Source: a bacterium (GTDB taxonomy: Bacteria; Zhuqueibacterota; Zhuqueibacteria; Zhuqueibacterales; Zhuqueibacteraceae). Taken from it: a DNA stretch of 12,065 bases. The stretch is from assembly GCA_044869275.1 (NCBI GenBank), contig JBIOXB010000066.1:1-12065 (forward strand). Direction: 5' to 3'. The notes under the pieces are model-generated. The model did no database searches. It was given only the letters and a program-made list of their open reading frames with translations, and was not told the DNA's origin. Positions 7,292 to 12,065 of the stretch are shown here, in pieces (position 1 is the first letter of the stretch; every line of letters begins with the position of its first letter). Position numbers and translations under genes: made by a program.

Positions 7292-8500
7292 TTACCAATA
7301 ATACATCGTCCCGTCCAGTTTGCGGTTGACCGGCAGACAAGCCATTTGATAAGGATATTTCGCCGCCCGTTCTTCATTCAACTCCACCCCGATTCCCGGC
7401 GCGTCGTTGAGGTGCAGGTAACCGTTTTCGAAGCGGTAGTTCGGTGTGAAAACTTCATGCACGATCTCCTGGTGTGGCATGTATTCTTGCATGCCAAAAT
7501 TATTGATGGCAAGATCGAAATGCAATGACGCGGCCAAATTTACAGGCGAGAGATCCGTAGCGCCATGAAATCCGGTTTGAATGTGATAGAGGGAGGCAAA
7601 GGCGGCGACTTTCATCAGGTGGGTGATGCCGCCGCCATGCACCAGCGGCATGCGGATATAGTCGATGAGTTGTTCGGTGATGAGCGTGGTGCAGTCGTAA
7701 ACCGTATTGAAAACCTCACCGATGGCAATCGGCGTGGTAGAATGTTGCCGCACCAAACGCAAGCCTTCCTGCAATTCGCCGGACACGGGATCTTCCAGCC
7801 AAAATAAATGAAATGGCTCGAGCTCGCGCGCCAGCCGCGCCGCTTCGATGGGCGTGCAACGATGATGCACGTCGTGCAACAGGTGCAGGTCCTCGCCAAA
7901 ATGCTCCCGGACTTTTGCAAACATCTTGGGCGCGAAATTCAGATACTTTGCCGTGTCCCAGGCTTCCTCCTGTGGCAGGCCTTTTTGCGCCGGCTCATAA
8001 GGCTTCTCATCCTTCGGCACGCCGTAGACCTTGCCCACGCCGGGAATGCCGGACTGCACGCGTACAGCCAGAAATCCTTGCTCGACTTTCTTGCCGACAT
8101 CAGCAATTGTTTGCTCCAGGTCTTGGCCGGTGGCATGTGCATAGACCAGGACGCGCTCGCGGCACTTGCCGCCCAGTAAATTGTGCAGCGGCGTGTTGAG
8201 CGCCTTGCCTTTGATATCCCATAACGCCATGTCGATGGCGGAGACCGCCGTCATGGTAACTGCGCCGCGTTTCCAATAAACGCCTTTGTAGAAATAGTGC
8301 CAGAGATCTTCGGTGTTGCGCGGGTCTTTGCCGATGAGCGCTGGTATACAGTATTCTTCCAGATAAGTTGCCACCGCTTTTTCACGGCCGTTGAGCGTGG
8401 CATCACCCAGCCCGCAAATGCCGGCATCGGTATGGAGCTTGAGCGTGACGAAGTTTCTGCCCGGACAGCAGACAATGATTTTAGCGCCAGTGATTTTCAT
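7292..8500 (-). CDS. manD: D-mannonate dehydratase, enolase superfamily (ManD/RspA), 402 aa
   Basis: PGRNFVTLK..GLGDATLNGRE, LLHDVHHR, WLED, IGEVFN, HGGGITH, HGATDLSP, and the terminal LPVNRKLDGTMYYW. Confidence 0.93.
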   Translation of the reverse strand: MKITGAKIIVCCPGRNFVTLKLHTDAGICGLGDATLNGREKAVATYLEEYCIPALIGKDPRNTEDLWHYFYKGVYWKRGAVTMTAVSAIDMALWDIKGKALNTPLHNLLGGKCRERVLVYAHATGQDLEQTIADVGKKVEQGFLAVRVQSGIPGVGKVYGVPKDEKPYEPAQKGLPQEEAWDTAKYLNFAPKMFAKVREHFGEDLHLLHDVHHRCTPIEAARLARELEPFHLFWLEDPVSGELQEGLRLVRQHSTTPIAIGEVFNTVYDCTTLITEQLIDYIRMPLVHGGGITHLMKVAAFASLYHIQTGFHGATDLSPVNLAASLHFDLAINNFGMQEYMPHQEIVHEVFTPNYRFENGYLHLNDAPGIGVELNEERAAKYPYQMACLPVNRKLDGTMYYW

Positions 8501-8548
8501 AACAAGTCGCCGTTTGCTTTTTTCTTTTTGCAGTTTGCTTTTTGTTTT

Positions 8549-10714
8549 TCATATCCCCGGCGCATATGGGAACTTGAGCTGCATGTAGTGCTCCACTGTT
8601 TTATCCGGTTGTTCGTACTGCTGTGGAATTGGCCTCCGGGAGAAAGTCTGGAAGTAGAGCAGGCAGGCGTTGCGCCACCAAACGGCTTCTTGTTCCTGGA
8701 TTTTCAGTAGAGCCTGCACCTGTTGGAAACGCTCGTCGTCGAGGTGACCCGACAGGGAATCCCAGGTGTTACGCATGGAGCGCACGCCGTCAACTCCGTC
8801 ATAGTATTTGTAGCATAGTTCCTCCCAGAGCGTGCGGCCCGATTGCAATTTGTAAGTCCAGAGCACGTGATGAAACCAGAGCAGATACTTTTCCGGACAC
8901 GTTTCGAGCCGGTCAAATTCTTCTCGCACCGGGGAAAAGTACTGGCTGACGGCATCACTTCCAGTGGAAGAACGGTTGAAACCCAGGCCGATGGTATCTG
9001 CGCGATGGTAATAAACCGAAGTCCAATCCGCGCGGCCCTCATTGATCCACGGCCCCGGGCCGTAGTGATGGCTCCAGCCCATGAGATGATGCAAGCCGAG
9101 CGGCGTCATGTAGCTCACGGCGATTTCACGCGACGCCAGCATCATCGCTTTCACCGGTGTGATGAACTTTCCCTCATTGGAAAAAGTCATGCGCAGCCAT
9201 TCGTCGGCAATGGTCTCAGCGGTTTGGGTGTGATCCCAGGCCAGCCGGCCAAAGGCAAACCAGTTCGCCTGTGCGAAGGGATGGCCGCACCAATTGCGAT
9301 CACTGCCGATATTCGAGACGCCGGCGATGCCACTCAACGTGTGTTGATCCAGCGCGCCGTCAATCACCTTTGCCACATGTGAGCCTGCGCCTTTAGCGTG
9401 CGTGTCCGCCTGCAAAACTTCTTTGAACAAAGGCGCAAGATAAACCAAATGCGTGGCGAACCCAAGATACTCCTGTGTGATTTGAAACTCCATCATGAGC
9501 GGTGTGCGCGGCATCGCGCCAAAAAGCGGATGAAACGGCTCGCGCGGCTGGAAATCAATCGGTCCGTTTTTCACTTGAATCAAAACATTTTCCCGGAATT
9601 TGCCGTCCAGCGGCTGGAATTCATGGTACGCTTGCTTGGCGCGGTCCACCGGCACGTTGTGATCATAAACAAAAGCGCGCCACATCACCACGCCGCCGTG
9701 CGGACCCAAGGCTTCCGCCAGCATGTTCGCGCCCTCGGCGTGTGTGCGGCCATAATTCTGCGGACCGGGCTGGCCCTCGGAGTTGGCTTTCACCAAGAAC
9801 CCGCCAAAGTCCGGGATCGCACCATAGATCTCCTCGGCTTTGCCGCGCCACCAGGCCCGCACTTGCGGATCGAGTGGATCAGCGGTTGCCAAGCCGCCGA
9901 TTTCGACCGGCGCGCTGAACCGGGCCGTGAGGTACACTTTGAGGCCGTATGGCCGGAGAACTGCTGCGAGCGCCGCGACTTTTTCCAAATAACTCGCGGT
10001 CAAGACCATGGCGTTGGCGTTGACGTTGGTGAGCACCGTGCCGTTGATGCCAAGGGAAGCATTGGCGCGTGCATAATCTTTATAGCGCGGTGAAACATAG
10101 TCCGGCAGCTTGTGCCAGTCCCACAACGAGAATCCGGCGTAGCCTCGCTCTACGGTTTGATCCAAATTGTCCCAGTGGTTCAACAGCCTGAGTTTGATCT
10201 TGGGCGCGCTGAGGATGGCCAGCGCCTCGAGGTTTTGCTGTGTTTGCAGCAAGCGCAGAAATTGAAAGGCGCCATACAAGACGCCACGATCATCGGCGGC
10301 GGCAATAACCAGGCATTTCTTGCCATTTACGTTTTTGGTTAGAATGAGAAAGCCTTCAGCTTCCGTTTCTTTAAATTGCTCCTGCAGATGAAGAGCCGCA
10401 ATCCATTTCGAGCTTTGCGGCGTGCCTGCAACCAGTACGCCTTGTTTGGTGATTTGGGTGACGAAAGGCAGCGGGGTTCCCAGCAAGCCGCTGAGTCCAT
10501 TCTGCAACTCTTCCTTCGCAGCATTCAGGGTGGGCGAATCACCTTCCAGATTTATGGCGGTGATCGCGGCGCGATACGCGCGCAACTTTTCCGTATCGGA
10601 GACGAGATCATACCTGAGCCATAAGCGATAGCCGTCCTCTGCCTGTGATCCTTCGCGAGACAATATTATCATGACCAAAGCGAAGAAGAAATGGTTGCTG
10701 TTTTTACGTTTCAT
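8549..10714 (-). CDS. aguA: Alpha-glucuronidase, glycoside hydrolase family 67, with signal peptide, 721 aa
   Basis: AEDGYRLWLRY, LNHWDNLD..VERGYAG, GFLVKANSEGQPGP, KNGPIDFQPREP, MEFQITQEYLG and YMTPLGLHH motifs, with the catalytic acidic residues intact. Confidence 0.96.
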   Translation of the reverse strand: MKRKNSNHFFFALVMIILSREGSQAEDGYRLWLRYDLVSDTEKLRAYRAAITAINLEGDSPTLNAAKEELQNGLSGLLGTPLPFVTQITKQGVLVAGTPQSSKWIAALHLQEQFKETEAEGFLILTKNVNGKKCLVIAAADDRGVLYGAFQFLRLLQTQQNLEALAILSAPKIKLRLLNHWDNLDQTVERGYAGFSLWDWHKLPDYVSPRYKDYARANASLGINGTVLTNVNANAMVLTASYLEKVAALAAVLRPYGLKVYLTARFSAPVEIGGLATADPLDPQVRAWWRGKAEEIYGAIPDFGGFLVKANSEGQPGPQNYGRTHAEGANMLAEALGPHGGVVMWRAFVYDHNVPVDRAKQAYHEFQPLDGKFRENVLIQVKNGPIDFQPREPFHPLFGAMPRTPLMMEFQITQEYLGFATHLVYLAPLFKEVLQADTHAKGAGSHVAKVIDGALDQHTLSGIAGVSNIGSDRNWCGHPFAQANWFAFGRLAWDHTQTAETIADEWLRMTFSNEGKFITPVKAMMLASREIAVSYMTPLGLHHLMGWSHHYGPGPWINEGRADWTSVYYHRADTIGLGFNRSSTGSDAVSQYFSPVREEFDRLETCPEKYLLWFHHVLWTYKLQSGRTLWEELCYKYYDGVDGVRSMRNTWDSLSGHLDDERFQQVQALLKIQEQEAVWWRNACLLYFQTFSRRPIPQQYEQPDKTVEHYMQLKFPYAPGI

Positions 10715-10843
10715 GAATAAGGCCTGAGCAGTGACATTTTAGAATGTGAACCGCAAGGCGCAAAGGTTGGCTACGGCCATTGTGCCAAAGGTCTTTCTGA
10801 AGTGGTACCAGCAGCAAGCTGTTGTTTTCTTAACGCATTCTAC

Positions 10844-10987
10844 CTTGACAATGTTAACTTGACTGACTTCTCCGATTCATGTCATCCTGGAGGGATCCTT
10901 TTCTGCACTCGGCACTGTGCTTATGCTGAAAAAGATCCTTCCAGGATGACAAACAGTGGGTGAGACACTCAACTTAACATTGTCAAG
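10844..10987. mobile_element. MITE-like non-autonomous element, 144 bp
   Basis: TIRs CTTGACAATGTTAACTTGACTG (10844-10865) and CACTCAACTTAACATTGTCAAG (10966-10987) are 20/22 complementary, with the outer 14 bp perfect. Flanked by a direct repeat CTAC (10840-10843, 10988-10991). Internal 24-bp inverted repeat. Confidence 0.8.
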
Positions 10988-11027
10988 CTACTTTTTGCGG
11001 TTTTGTAATTTTTCCTGATCTTTTCCC

Positions 11028-11056
11028 TTGACATGGTAATAGAAATTTGTTATTTT
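11028..11056 (+). promoter_or_regulatory. Sigma70-type promoter facing the TonB-dependent receptor
   Basis: TTGACA (11028-11033)-17-TATTTT (11051-11056), with an extended -10 TGn at 11048-11050. Confidence 0.7.
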
Positions 11057-11069
11057 GAAGCGCTTCAAA
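11054..11069. promoter_or_regulatory. LacI-family operator 1
   Basis: Perfect 16-bp palindrome TTTGAAGCGCTTCAAA with the central CG typical of LacI operators. Confidence 0.85.
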
Positions 11070-11073
11070 TCCT

Positions 11074-11093
11074 TATTTGAAACGGTTCAAATA
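11074..11093. promoter_or_regulatory. LacI-family operator 2
   Basis: TATTTGAAACGGTTCAAATA, a near-perfect palindrome whose 16-bp core matches operator 1 at 14/16. The two centres are 22 bp apart. Confidence 0.8.
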
Positions 11094-11118
11094 TACTGAA
11101 CGCTCCCTCGCAAAGCAA
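11090..11118 (-). promoter_or_regulatory. Sigma70-type promoter facing the aguA-manD-lacI operon
   Basis: Minus strand TTGCTT (11118-11113)-17-TATATT (11095-11090). Confidence 0.6.
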
Positions 11119-11182
11119 TAACAAAATCTGACAAACCTAAAATCAATTTAGGATTGAAGATTAAATAACTTCCCCATTTCTT

Positions 11183-11253
11183 AAACCGCGAATGAACGCT
11201 AAAAAACGCGAATTGAAGACATATTAGCGCACATTCGCGTTAATTAGCGGTTT
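11183..11253. repeat. Palindromic 10-bp-period repeat (CGC[G/T]AA[T/A] x3, inverted x3)
   Basis: CGCGAAT/CGCTAAA/CGCGAAT at 11187, 11197, 11207 and ATTAGCG/ATTCGCG/ATTAGCG at 11223, 11233, 11243, closed by AAACCGC/GCGGTTT. Confidence 0.8.
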
Positions 11254-11527
11254 CAAAAGACGGGCAATTTATTTAGACGGCGATCCTTAGTCAAAACGCT
11301 AGTCCATCCAGTTCTGATCCTCGCGCGCTCTTGTTGAAAGTTTTCGACGTCAATTTGCATCAATAGTTACTTTGACAGCCTATTTACTTTGGGCCAAAGC
11401 AGCTAACTCCAACCGACTGTCGATTGTGCATTTTTTTGAAATCAAAATCGTTCGAACGTAACGTGGAAAGCCCACCTCTGCATCATCCATGAGCTTGAGA
11501 TCGGTATTTGGCCAGGGAGACACGCAA

Positions 11528-12065
11528 ATGAACACGATACGGATGAAAGTGCTTTTGCTGCTTTTCGTGCTGTTGGTAACTTCTCCCCTGCTCTCCGCAG
11601 CCTCCTCGGGCAAGGTTTCAGGTACTGTTTCTGACAGCCAGGATAACAAGCCTCTGCCCGGCGCTAATGTCGTCCTCAAAGGCACAAAACTTGGCGCCTC
11701 CACAGATTTGAATGGTAGATTTCTAATCCCGATAGTGCCGGTTGGCCAATATCAGCTTGAGATGTCGTATATCGGTTATAAGTCCAAGACGATTGATATT
11801 GTGGTCGAAGCAGACCAGGAGGTTAAACAGAATGTTGCCCTGGATGCCGAAGTGCTTGAAGGAGAAGCGATCATAGTCACGGCTCAGGCCGCCGGTCAGT
11901 TAGGAGCGATTAACCAGCAGCTTGCTTCTGACAAAATCGCCAATATCGTCTCTGAAGCAAGGATCCAGGAATTGCCGGACCAGAATGCCGCACAGGCAAT
12001 CAGCCGTTTGCCAGGGGTTTCAACAACACAAAGTTCTGGTGAAGATAACAAAGTGATCATTCGTG
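11528..12065 (+). CDS. TonB-dependent receptor, N-terminal part (signal peptide, CarboxypepD_reg-like extension, start of plug); truncated by the window edge and missing from the ORF track
   Basis: Manual translation: MNTIRMKVLLLLFVLLVTSPLLSAASSGKVSGTVSDSQDNKPLPGANVVLKGTKLGASTDLNGRFLI...SYIGYKS...EAIIVTAQAAGQLGAINQQLASDKIANIVSEARIQELPDQNAAQAISRLPGVS...KVIIR. GGGAGA SD upstream. Confidence 0.93.
   Translation, partial: MNTIRMKVLLLLFVLLVTSPLLSAASSGKVSGTVSDSQDNKPLPGANVVLKGTKLGASTDLNGRFLIPIVPVGQYQLEMSYIGYKSKTIDIVVEADQEVKQNVALDAEVLEGEAIIVTAQAAGQLGAINQQLASDKIANIVSEARIQELPDQNAAQAISRLPGVSTTQSSGEDNKVIIR

Noticed and set aside
10749..11002. AACCGCAA/TTGCGGTT as an outer inverted repeat enclosing the MITE
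   Set aside because: Only 8 bp and asymmetrically placed, which is insufficient evidence for a third nesting level.

Overview
Bacterial genomic window of moderately high GC, with AT-rich intergenic DNA. From left to right it holds: the probable terminal inverted repeat of an IS3-family element (ending at 127); three minus-strand genes (DinB/YfiT-like protein, GT9 heptosyltransferase-like glycosyltransferase, S9B dipeptidyl-peptidase IV-like peptidase); a solitary lower-GC plus-strand gene fusing an HTH, a GHKL/HATPase_c ATPase and a STAS-like (DUF4325-type) domain; and a hexuronate/glucuronoxylan utilisation locus. That locus is a minus-strand operon (GH67 alpha-glucuronidase, ManD mannonate dehydratase, LacI regulator) divergent from a TonB-dependent receptor that runs off the right edge. 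The most informative signals are non-coding: a 144-bp MITE-like element with 22-bp TIRs, a 4-bp target duplication and an internal palindrome; a pair of face-to-face sigma70-like promoters, each overlapped by a LacI-type operator; and several distinct families of palindromic repeats in most intergenic spacers. All calls come from reading motifs by eye; no searches were run.
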